From: a virus
Length of the DNA stretch: 25,684 nt
Virus genome (UHGV): UHGV-0106419
Strand: one strand, 5' to 3'
Below the pieces are notes generated by a model. It saw only the letters and a program-made list of their open reading frames with translations, had not been told where the DNA came from and searched no databases. Below, one piece after another: positions 18,375 to 25,684 of the stretch; positions within the stretch are counted from its first letter, which is position 1; each line of letters begins with the position of its first letter. Both the position numbers and the translations under genes were made by a program.

Positions 18375-18575
18375 ATGAAAGCGTATTGGGACTCTTTAAC
18401 CAAAGAACAGCAGGGCGAGTTGGCCGGAAAAGTTGGCTCAACACCTGGCTACTTACGGCTGGTTTTCAATGGCTATAAAAAAGCCAGTTTTGTGCTGGCT
18501 AAAAAACTTGAGCAATGCACGTCAGGTGCAATTACGAAATCTGACTTAAGACCGGATATCTATCCGAAAGATTAA
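18375..18575 (+). CDS. Cro-like / YdaS-family small DNA-binding protein (66 aa)
   Basis: Start at MKAYWDS (ATG 18375) with GGAGG RBS; small HTH-type protein divergent from the repressor; resembles YdaS-type proteins as recalled. Confidence 0.55.
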   Translation: MKAYWDSLTKEQQGELAGKVGSTPGYLRLVFNGYKKASFVLAKKLEQCTSGAITKSDLRPDIYPKD

Positions 18576-18606
18576 CAGAACACCTTCAATTTTTAACCAC
18601 AGAACG

Positions 18607-19170
18607 ATGAGGCTAACCGTGGGTAAGTATCACTGGAAAGTAGAAAAACAGCCTGAGTGGTACGTGAAAGCTGTCAGAAAAACTATCGCAGCGTTGCCGG
18701 GTGGTTACGCTGAAGCAGCTGACTGGCTGGATGTAACAGAGAACGCATTATTTAACCGCCTTCGTGCCGATGGCGATCAGATTTTCCCGCTGGGATGGGC
18801 AATGGTTTTACAGCGCGCGGCTGGCACTCACTACATTGCGGATGCTGTCGCACAGTCTGCTGGTGGGGTGTTCGTATCGCTTCCTGAAATTGAGGAAGTA
18901 GAGAACGCCGATATAAACCAGCGCCTGCTGGAAGTCATCGAACAGATCGGGAATTACTCAAAGCAGATTCGTTCGGCAATCGAAGATGGGGTCGTGGAGC
19001 CACACGAGCAGACAGCAATTAATGATGAGTTGTATCTGTCAATTTCGAAGCTCCAGGAACATGCAGCACTGGTCTACAAAATCTTTTGCGCTCCAGAAAA
19101 GAGTGACGCCCGCGAGTGTGCAGCTCCGGGCGTCGTGGCGTTTTGTGTCTGTGGAGAAACTAACGCATGA
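18607..19170 (+). CDS. YdaT-like / CII-like regulatory protein (187 aa)
   Basis: Position immediately after the cro-like gene, as in Rac ydaS-ydaT; family assignment from memory. An alternative GTG start at 18619 has a better RBS. Confidence 0.45.
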   Translation: MRLTVGKYHWKVEKQPEWYVKAVRKTIAALPGGYAEAADWLDVTENALFNRLRADGDQIFPLGWAMVLQRAAGTHYIADAVAQSAGGVFVSLPEIEEVENADINQRLLEVIEQIGNYSKQIRSAIEDGVVEPHEQTAINDELYLSISKLQEHAALVYKIFCAPEKSDARECAAPGVVAFCVCGETNA

Positions 19171-20003
19171 ACAGTTTAACGGCAAATAACCGTTTGTCGC
19201 AACAGCTGGTGGTCAGTGTCGCTGAACACCTGTTGTTACGGCATGAATGCAGATTACCAAATCTCCTGGCTGTAAGTAACCACAGAGAACTTTACCTGAC
19301 TGTGGGGGGCGAGTTGTGCAGGAACTTAACCGCTGGTTTCGTGACGGAAGAGGACTTTATGTTCATGTTATTCGTTGGGAGCCAGAAACACAGCGCGTTA
19401 TCTATCTTCGCAAAGACTACCCGCATGAGTGCTTTAGTCCTTTGTGGAAATTCAGGCGTGATTTTGTTGAGTGTGAAGGACCACCAGCACATTGATTCTG
19501 CCATTCCGGGACGTTACACTGTTCAGGCACCTTATAAAGCGGGTGCCGGGATTGGCGTCCTGGAATTGATCAAGGCGATATATGACGCGCCAGCGTCTTT
19601 TTTATCGTCCGCATTTGCTCACATCAAAGTTATGGTGGGCTGGGCGGGGGCATCGAAAGATGCGCCGGTTTCCTTGATCACCGGTTACGCCAACCCCGTT
19701 CAGTTCACCACCAGCGAAATTGGCGTTTCCGGTGGTGGAAGTATTTCACCGATCAAGGAGGCTGCCATCATGGCTACTGTCCCAGCCCTCACTCGTCTGA
19801 ATGATGAAGACTTACATAAACTCAGTTATGTAACAACTGCACTACGTGCTCTGCGCAAGGTAACTCTTTCGGATCCGCAGGCACATCAGGTTCTGGTAGA
19901 AACCCTTCTTAACTTGCAAGCTGAACGTATTCGTCTGGCGGATAAGGCTAATTTTCATATTCACCGTCTCCTGAATATCAGCGGAGGGCATCGTCATGCT
20001 TAA
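19167..20003 (+). CDS. Hypothetical phage protein (278 aa) in the replication module
   Basis: ATGA start/stop overlap with the upstream gene; no motif recognised. Confidence 0.5.
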   Translation: MNSLTANNRLSQQLVVSVAEHLLLRHECRLPNLLAVSNHRELYLTVGGELCRNLTAGFVTEEDFMFMLFVGSQKHSALSIFAKTTRMSALVLCGNSGVILLSVKDHQHIDSAIPGRYTVQAPYKAGAGIGVLELIKAIYDAPASFLSSAFAHIKVMVGWAGASKDAPVSLITGYANPVQFTTSEIGVSGGGSISPIKEAAIMATVPALTRLNDEDLHKLSYVTTALRALRKVTLSDPQAHQVLVETLLNLQAERIRLADKANFHIHRLLNISGGHRHA

Positions 20004-20232
20004 TCCGTTGATCCTCAATATTTGCCGTTTGCTTCAGCGTAAAAAAACATCAATTCCTACAGTTGGGCAGTGGTACACCACGCCTGCAGGGCATGTTCTA
20101 CGTGTTAGCCTGGTTGACCGTGAATGCCAGAAGGTGATTTGTGAACCGCTGGGCCGTAATTACCGCGTCAGTATGCCGCTTATAGCCTTTCGCTCCGGAA
20201 AAAACATGAAGCATCTCGGAGGTGCAGCATGA
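19996..20232 (+). CDS. Hypothetical small phage protein (78 aa)
   Basis: 8-nt overlap with the upstream gene and ATGA overlap with the downstream gene. Confidence 0.4.
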   Translation: MLNPLILNICRLLQRKKTSIPTVGQWYTTPAGHVLRVSLVDRECQKVICEPLGRNYRVSMPLIAFRSGKNMKHLGGAA

Positions 20233-21047
20233 GTATGGAGCTGATGGTTAAAGCGATGAAAATTCGAGTGGGTAATCCATTGCGAAAACTGGTTCTGATC
20301 AAGCTGGCTGATAATGCCAGCGATCAGGGTGAGTGCTGGCCCAGCTACCAGCATATTGCTGACCAGTGCGAAATTAGCAAACGTTCTGTGATGAATCATA
20401 TTGCGGCCCTTTGTGAGTCCGGGCTGGTAAAAAAAGTCACCCGGAAAGGTGAAAAAGGTAACTCAAGTAATATCTATCTCCTTCATCTGGATGGTGCAGG
20501 AGATTCACTAGGGGGTAGTGCAAATAATTCACTATCTGGTGCAGCAAATTCACCAGGTAGTGCAGGAGTTGCACCAGGGGGTAGTGCAGGAGATTCACCC
20601 AGAACCAGTCACTCTTTTGAACCAGTCAAAGAACCAGTCAATGAACCAATAGCTGTTGGTGCATCTGCTGATGAGTCTGTGCGAGTTCGTTCAAACCGAC
20701 CGGAATACTCTCCGGAGTTTGAGCAGGCATGGCTGGCATACCCCAAACGTGCTGGTGGCAATTCAAAATCTGCAGCCTTCAAAGCCTGGAAAGCCCGTTT
20801 GAATGAGGGGGTAAAACCCGAAACCATGCTGGAAGGTGTGAAACGCTACGCGGGCTGGGTATCTGCGATGGGTAACAGCGGCACACAATTTGTGAAACAG
20901 GCTGTCACGTTCTTTGGCCCGGATCGTCATTTCGAAGAGTCCTGGGAAGTTCCTGCGGTATCTGCAGCCAGACGCGAGGACCCGTACTTCAAAGCCAGTT
21001 ACGACAACGTGGACTACAGCCAGATCCCGGCAGGATTCAGGGGGTGA
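20229..21047 (+). CDS. Putative replication initiator (N-terminal winged-HTH, Gly/Ser/Ala-rich linker, C-terminal domain), 272 aa
   Basis: N-terminal HTH-like region (SYQHIADQCEISKRSVMNHIAALCESGLV); the low-complexity linker is encoded by iteron-like DNA repeats, as in the lambda O/ori arrangement. Confidence 0.5.
   Translation: MSMELMVKAMKIRVGNPLRKLVLIKLADNASDQGECWPSYQHIADQCEISKRSVMNHIAALCESGLVKKVTRKGEKGNSSNIYLLHLDGAGDSLGGSANNSLSGAANSPGSAGVAPGGSAGDSPRTSHSFEPVKEPVNEPIAVGASADESVRVRSNRPEYSPEFEQAWLAYPKRAGGNSKSAAFKAWKARLNEGVKPETMLEGVKRYAGWVSAMGNSGTQFVKQAVTFFGPDRHFEESWEVPAVSAARREDPYFKASYDNVDYSQIPAGFRG
20493..20640 (+). repeat. Iteron-like direct repeats inside the replication gene; candidate origin
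   Basis: Five ~21-24-bp units (consensus GGTAGTGCAGGAGATTCACC) at 20493-20600, followed by three GAACCAGTCA copies at 20602, 20619 and 20631. Confidence 0.45.
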
Positions 21048-21049
21048 TC

Positions 21050-21535
21050 ATGAGTCTGTTAAATGACGTTCAGAAATTCATTGAAGCCCATCCGGGGTGT
21101 ACTTCCGGAGACATTGCGGATGCTTTTGCAGGTTACTCACGGCAGCGCGTTCTGCAGTCAGCAAGCAAGTTACGTCAGAGTGGGCGTGTGGCTCACCGTT
21201 GTGAAGGAGATACACGCAGACATTTCCCACGCCTGACTGAGAGAGCGCAGGAGCCGGAACCACAACCAGTTCGTGAAACCAGACCTGTGCGCAATTTCTA
21301 TGTCGGCACTAACGATCCCCGGGTGATTTTGTTGACCCGCCAGGCGGAAGAACTGGAGTCCAGGGGCTTATACCGTCGTGCTGCAACGGTGTGGATGGCG
21401 GCATTCCGTGAAAGCCACTCCCAGCCAGAACGAAACAATTTTCTGGCGCATCGTGAGCGGTGCTTACGGAAAAGCAGCAAGCGCGCTGCATCGGGTGAAG
21501 AGTGGTATCTGTCAGGGAATTACGTGGGGGCTTAA
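21050..21535 (+). CDS. Hypothetical phage protein (161 aa), Arg-rich
   Basis: ORF overlapping the upstream stop; start placed at ATG 21050 rather than GTG 21044. Confidence 0.45.
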   Translation: MSLLNDVQKFIEAHPGCTSGDIADAFAGYSRQRVLQSASKLRQSGRVAHRCEGDTRRHFPRLTERAQEPEPQPVRETRPVRNFYVGTNDPRVILLTRQAEELESRGLYRRAATVWMAAFRESHSQPERNNFLAHRERCLRKSSKRAASGEEWYLSGNYVGA

Positions 21536-22188
21536 TGAGTAATAAATATTGCCAGGCGCTGGTGGAGCTGCGGAACAAACCAGCCCATGAACTGAAGGAA
21601 GTGGGCGATCAGTGGCGCACGCCGGACAACATTTTCTGGGGAATTAACACCCTGTTTGGCCCGTTTGTTCTGGATCTGTTTACTGATGGTGATAACGCCA
21701 AATGTGCCGCTTATTACACTGCGGAAGACAACGCGCTGGCGCATGACTGGTCAGAACGTCTTGCGGAGCTTAAAGGTGCTGCCTTTGGTAATCCCCCGTA
21801 CAGCCGCGCCAGTCAGCATGAGGGGCAATACATCACCGGCATGCGTTACATCATGAAACATGCCAGTGCTATGCGTGATAAAGGCGGGCGCTATGTTTTC
21901 CTGATCAAAGCTGCCACCAGCGAAGTGTGGTGGCCGGAAGATGCAGACCATATTGCTTTTATTCGCGGGCGTATTGGTTTTGAACTGCCAGCCTGGTTTA
22001 TCCCGAAGGACGAGAAGCAGGTGCCGACAGGCGCTTTCTTCGCTGGTGCTATTGCTGTTTTCGACAAGACCTGGAAGGGACCGGCAATCAGCTACATCGG
22101 GCGCGATGAACTTGAGGCATGTGGTGAGGCCTTTCTGGTGCAGGTTCGCCAGCAGGCGGAAAAACTGGTCAGGGAGATGGCGGCATGA
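21536..22188 (+). CDS. Phage-type DNA N6-adenine methyltransferase (217 aa)
   Basis: NPPY catalytic motif (FGNPPYSR); ATG at 21536 directly abuts the upstream TAA; size and motif fit the small phage Dam family. Confidence 0.7.
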
Positions 22189-22508
22189 CGACATTAACTC
22201 AATGCCAGCAGCAGGTGCTGGATATGCTGATTTCTTACCAGAAAGAACGTGGCTTCCCGCCAACCAATCAGGAGGTGGCAACCATGCTGGGATACCGTTC
22301 AGTGAATGCAGCAGTGGAGCATCTTCGCGCACTGGAGAAAAAAGGCGTCATCACGATAAAGCGTGGCGTGGCCCGGGGGATAACGCTTCATACCGCGGTG
22401 AAGGACGACAGCGAGGCGGTCGGGATTATCCGCTCACTGCTTGCCGGTGAGGAAAACGCAAGGCTGCGTGCAACCCACTGGTTACATGAGAGAGGCCTGA
22501 AAGCATGA
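22185..22508 (+). CDS. LexA-N-terminal-like DNA-binding domain protein (107 aa)
   Basis: Resembles the LexA winged-HTH domain (QQQVLDMLISYQKERGFPPTNQEVA); ATGA overlap. Confidence 0.45.
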   Translation: MTTLTQCQQQVLDMLISYQKERGFPPTNQEVATMLGYRSVNAAVEHLRALEKKGVITIKRGVARGITLHTAVKDDSEAVGIIRSLLAGEENARLRATHWLHERGLKA

Positions 22509-22894
22509 AGCTGATCCTGCCTTTTCCGCCCAGCGTGAACACGTACTGGCGACACCCCAACAAAGGGGCGTTTGCAGGTAAGAGCCTGATAAGCGCGGCG
22601 GGGCGAAAATTCCAGAGCGCGGCGTGTGCAGCAATAGTTGAGCAGTTACGTCGTCTGCCAAAACCAACGTCGGCACCTGCTTCAGTGGAGATCGTGTTGT
22701 TTCCTCCGGATAACCGGATCCGCGATCTGGACAACTATAACAAGGCGCTGTTTGACGCCCTGACCCACGCGGGTGTGTGGGAGGACGACAGTCAGGTGAA
22801 AAGAATGCTGGTGGAGTGGGGACCGGTTATCCCGGAAGGGAAGGTCGAGATCACTATCAGTAAGTACGAGAAAACGGCGGGTGCAGCCGCCTGA
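22505..22894 (+). CDS. rusA: RusA Holliday-junction resolvase (129 aa)
   Basis: Conserved RusA motifs: LPFPPSVNTYWRH, DLDNYNKALFDALTHAGVWEDDSQV. Confidence 0.8.
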   Translation: MKLILPFPPSVNTYWRHPNKGAFAGKSLISAAGRKFQSAACAAIVEQLRRLPKPTSAPASVEIVLFPPDNRIRDLDNYNKALFDALTHAGVWEDDSQVKRMLVEWGPVIPEGKVEITISKYEKTAGAAA

Positions 22895-22913
22895 TTAAGA
22901 GGAGAAACGAAGT

Positions 22914-23723
22914 ATGAATAATCTGATGGTCATTGATGGTATTGAAGTTCGTCGTGATGCTTATGGGCGTTACAGCCTGAACGATCTGCATCGCGCAGCA
23001 GTAGCATCTGGTGCAAATGCCAGAACCAAGGAGCCGGGAAAGTTTCTTTCCAGCCAACAAACTGTTGAGCTTGTTCATGAATTGACCAACACCCAGAATT
23101 TGGGTGTTGACCCGGTGAGTGTGATTCATGGGGGAAATGAACGGGGAACGTATGTCTGCAAGGAACTGGTGTATGCCTATGCAATGTGGATCAGCCCGTC
23201 ATTCCATCTGAAGGTGATCCGTACTTTCGATATGGTAACCAGCGCACCGGAAAAATTATCCGGACAGGCTGCTGACAAGATGCAGGCTGGCGTGATCCTG
23301 CTGGACTTTATGCGCCGGGAGTTAAACCTGTCTAACTCTTCAGTGCTTGGTGCCTGTCAGAAACTCCAGGAGGCTGTTGGCTTACCGAATCTGGCACCGC
23401 GCTATGCCATTGATGCTCCTGCTGATGCACACGATGGCTCAAGTCGCCCGACACTGTCACTGAGTGCACTGCTGAAACAGTATGGTATCCGCCTGACGGC
23501 TAATCAGGCATATCACCAGATGGTGAAACTGGGGATCGTCGAGCAGCGCGAACGATACAGCCGTACCGCGATTAACAACATCAAAAAATTCTGGTCGCTG
23601 ACAGCGAAAGGTTGCATGTTCGGCAAGAACATCACCAGTCCCGCAAATCCGCGCGAGACGCAGCCGCATTTCTTCGAATCCCGATTCCCTGAGCTGTTAA
23701 AGCTGCTCGATACCGTTCATTGA
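22914..23723 (+). CDS. KilA-N-like domain protein (269 aa), possible antirepressor/regulator
   Basis: N-terminal pattern resembles KilA-N/Bro-N-type DNA-binding domains; GAGG RBS. Weak assignment. Confidence 0.4.
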   Translation: MNNLMVIDGIEVRRDAYGRYSLNDLHRAAVASGANARTKEPGKFLSSQQTVELVHELTNTQNLGVDPVSVIHGGNERGTYVCKELVYAYAMWISPSFHLKVIRTFDMVTSAPEKLSGQAADKMQAGVILLDFMRRELNLSNSSVLGACQKLQEAVGLPNLAPRYAIDAPADAHDGSSRPTLSLSALLKQYGIRLTANQAYHQMVKLGIVEQRERYSRTAINNIKKFWSLTAKGCMFGKNITSPANPRETQPHFFESRFPELLKLLDTVH

Positions 23724-23724
23724 G

Positions 23725-24720
23725 GTGACCGTGAGAGCACTACTGACCCCTGAAATTGCCCCGCGTATGGGGATCGTATTGTTCAGGCCAGGTTCAGAGC
23801 TGATGCCCCTGTTTATGCAGGGGCGTGTCCTGCTGGAGCCTGAGCCGGAGCGTTATTCATCTTTCGCCAGTGGTGCCGTTCCGGCGGCATCACAACCGCT
23901 GGCGGATGATCCTGCCGTTCGGGCCGTGTTCCGCAATGAGGCAGTGATCCGTCGTGCTGGTGGCGTGGAATGTCTTGAAAGCTGGTTACTTCGTGAAAAA
24001 GGCTGCCAGTGGCCTCATTCCGACTGGCACAGCGAGAACATGACCACAATGCGACACGCTCCGGGTGCAATCCGTCTGTGCTGGCACTGCGATAACCAGC
24101 TGCGCGATCAGTTCACGGAACGGCTGGAATCAATGGCAACGGATAACTGTGCCCGCTGGGTGTTGTCTGTTGTGCGTCGGGATCTCGGTTTTGATGACAG
24201 TCACGTTGTGACAATGCCGGAACTGTGCTGGTGGCTGATTCGTAATGATCTGGCGGATGCCTTACCGGAAAGTGCAGCCCGTAAGGCACTGAGATTACCG
24301 AAGCCTGTTGTGCCGTCTGTTACCCGGGAAAGTGACCTTGTGCCTTCGGTTCCTGCCACCAGCATCATCCAGGATAAGGCGAAAAAGGTGCTGGCGCTGA
24401 AAGTGGATCCGGAGTCGCCGGAGTCTTTTATGTTACGCCCAAAACGTCGCCGCTGGGTTAATGAAAAGTACACGCGCTGGGTTAAGACACAGCCGTGTGC
24501 ATGTTGTGGAAAGCCCGCTGATGATCCCCACCACCTGATAGGTCACGGTCAGGGTGGAATGGGAACAAAAGCGCATGACCTTTTTGTGTTGCCTTTGTGC
24601 AGAAAGCATCACGACGAGCTGCATGCGGATACCGTGGCATTTGAAGAGAAGTATGGCTCCCAGCTGGAGCTGATATTTCGTTTTATCGATCGTGCGCTGG
24701 CAACTGGCGTGCTGGCCTGA
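23725..24720 (+). CDS. DUF968-like phage protein with C-terminal Cys/His-rich (HNH-like) motif, 331 aa
   Basis: C-terminal CACCGKP...[10 protein letters not shown]...[17 protein letters not shown]. Start could be GTG 23725 or GTG 23731. Confidence 0.5.
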   Translation: MTVRALLTPEIAPRMGIVLFRPGSELMPLFMQGRVLLEPEPERYSSFASGAVPAASQPLADDPAVRAVFRNEAVIRRAGGVECLESWLLREKGCQWPHSDWHSENMTTMRHAPGAIRLCWHCDNQLRDQFTERLESMATDNCARWVLSVVRRDLGFDDSHVVTMPELCWWLIRNDLADALPESAARKALRLPKPVVPSVTRESDLVPSVPATSIIQDKAKKVLALKVDPESPESFMLRPKRRRWVNEKYTRWVKTQPCACCGKPADDPHHLIGHGQGGMGTKAHDLFVLPLCRKHHDELHADTVAFEEKYGSQLELIFRFIDRALATGVLA

Positions 24721-24737
24721 TTTTGTGGAGAACGTTG

Positions 24738-25103
24738 ATGCGTGATATTCAAATGGTTCTTGAACGTTGGGGGGCATGGGTGGCAAATAATCACGAGGAT
24801 GTCACTTGGTCGTCTATTGCTGCAGGATTTAAAGGACTAATCCCTTCAAAAGTAAAATCCCGCCCGCAATGTTGTGACGATGACGCGATGATCATTTGTG
24901 GATGCATGGCTCGCCTGAAAAAGAACAACAGCGATTTGCACGATTTATTAGTGGATTATTATGTAGGTGGTATGACGTTTATGGCGCTTGCCCGTAAACA
25001 TGGGCGTTCTGATTGCTGGGTTGGGCGTTTATTGCAAAAGGCTGAAGGTGTAGTTGATGGCATGTTAATGATGTTAGAAATTGAGCTAGAGATGGATCGT
25101 TAG
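24738..25103 (+). CDS. Q-type late-gene antiterminator (QuuD/phage-82-Q-like), about 121 aa
   Basis: [22 protein letters not shown]... closely matches recalled QuuD-type proteins; ATG 24738 preferred over the TTG-initiated extension at 24723. Confidence 0.7.
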   Translation: MRDIQMVLERWGAWVANNHEDVTWSSIAAGFKGLIPSKVKSRPQCCDDDAMIICGCMARLKKNNSDLHDLLVDYYVGGMTFMALARKHGRSDCWVGRLLQKAEGVVDGMLMMLEIELEMDR

Positions 25104-25145
25104 AAGACCTCTTATTGAGGGGGTAATTGAATCAGTTTAATGTGT

Positions 25146-25176
25146 GGGGAGTCGATTTATTCTCCCCATTTTATTT
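25146..25176 (+). terminator. Hairpin (GGGGAG...CTCCCC) followed by a T-rich run, downstream of the Q gene
   Basis: 6-bp GC stem, 10-nt loop, then ATTTTATTT; candidate -35 TTGAGG / -10 TAATGT just upstream (25115-25143). Confidence 0.35.
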
Positions 25177-25187
25177 AATTAATTTAC

Positions 25188-25634
25188 TTAAGGTTTTAAT
25201 TCATCAAGACGTTGTTGGATAGTGTTTTTGCTTGCGTTGTCTGTTATAGCCATTTGTTGTACTTGCCCCATTGCCATTTGAGTTTCCATCCACATATCGA
25301 CCCACACTTTTGTATCGTTATTAACTTGAGCGATAGTAAATCTGACTTTTGATACCGGGGTTGTTGAATAGGCATTGCCGATTAACATTTGTCCAAAAAC
25401 GGCAGAGCCGCCTTCCAGTTCTTTACCACATATAACACTGCTGTTATCCGCGTTGTAAATTATCAACCCTCTACTATTGCAGTAATTCACAAGGGCATCT
25501 TTGACTTTATCTTTTGTCGTATTTTGATAAACCCCCTCAGGTTTTCCTGATTGAGTTTTCTTTATCAATGGTACGGAAGAAGTACAACCTGAAATGATAG
25601 TTGCGCTAAGTAATAGTACAGTTATTTTATTCAT
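25188..25634 (-). CDS. Putative lipoprotein (148 aa), prophage moron
   Basis: Signal peptide with lipobox (LLLSATIISG-C); opposite orientation to the late operon, immediately downstream of Q. Confidence 0.6.
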   Translation of the reverse strand: MNKITVLLLSATIISGCTSSVPLIKKTQSGKPEGVYQNTTKDKVKDALVNYCNSRGLIIYNADNSSVICGKELEGGSAVFGQMLIGNAYSTTPVSKVRFTIAQVNNDTKVWVDMWMETQMAMGQVQQMAITDNASKNTIQQRLDELKP

Positions 25635-25684
25635 GTTTCTGGTGATGCTGCCAACTTACTGATTTAGTGTATGATGGTGTTTTT

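Noticed and set aside
1-25684. Possibility that the chromosomal part is K-12 itself
   Set aside because: Gene order matches K-12, but K-12 carries CP4-57 at this site rather than this lambdoid prophage, and ypjC is a pseudogene there. Gene symbols are therefore given as likeness, not identity.

Overview
This window reads as an Escherichia coli-type chromosomal segment followed by the integrase-proximal half of a lambdoid prophage. All homology calls are from reading the translations and from memory of protein families; no database search was run.

Positions 1-10.6 kb match the K-12 ygaQ / ileY / ypjC / ypjB / pinH / ypjA neighbourhood in reverse-complement orientation: a GH13 (alpha-amylase-like) reading frame broken by three in-frame TAG codons, tRNA-Ile2 (anticodon CAU), two small ORFs, decayed IS3-like and invertase fragments, and a 1526-aa AIDA-type autotransporter.

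At about 10.71 kb a 32-bp fragment resembling the 3' end of tmRNA (ssrA) marks a prophage boundary. The prophage runs to the end of the window and contains, in order:
- a two-gene cargo island: a D12/Dam-family adenine methyltransferase and a ~580-aa ABC-type ATPase with a TOPRIM-like C-terminus (OLD-family-like);
- integrase, excisionase-like protein and early-left genes, including an HD-domain hydrolase;
- a GC-rich structured non-coding block;
- a lysogen-oriented operon of a SieB-like membrane protein bracketed by three proline-rich micro-ORFs;
- a cI-like repressor flanked by operator-bearing pL and pR regions, then Cro/YdaS-like and YdaT-like genes;
- a translationally coupled replication module with iteron-like repeats inside the initiator gene;
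- a second, phage-type adenine methyltransferase, a LexA-DBD-like protein, RusA, a KilA-N-like protein, a DUF968 protein and a Q-type antiterminator;
- a reverse-oriented lipoprotein moron.

The most interesting candidates are the att-proximal ATPase-TOPRIM + methyltransferase pair (possible defence cargo) and the proline-rich micro-ORF / SieB-like operon next to the immunity region. No CRISPR array and no rRNA were seen.
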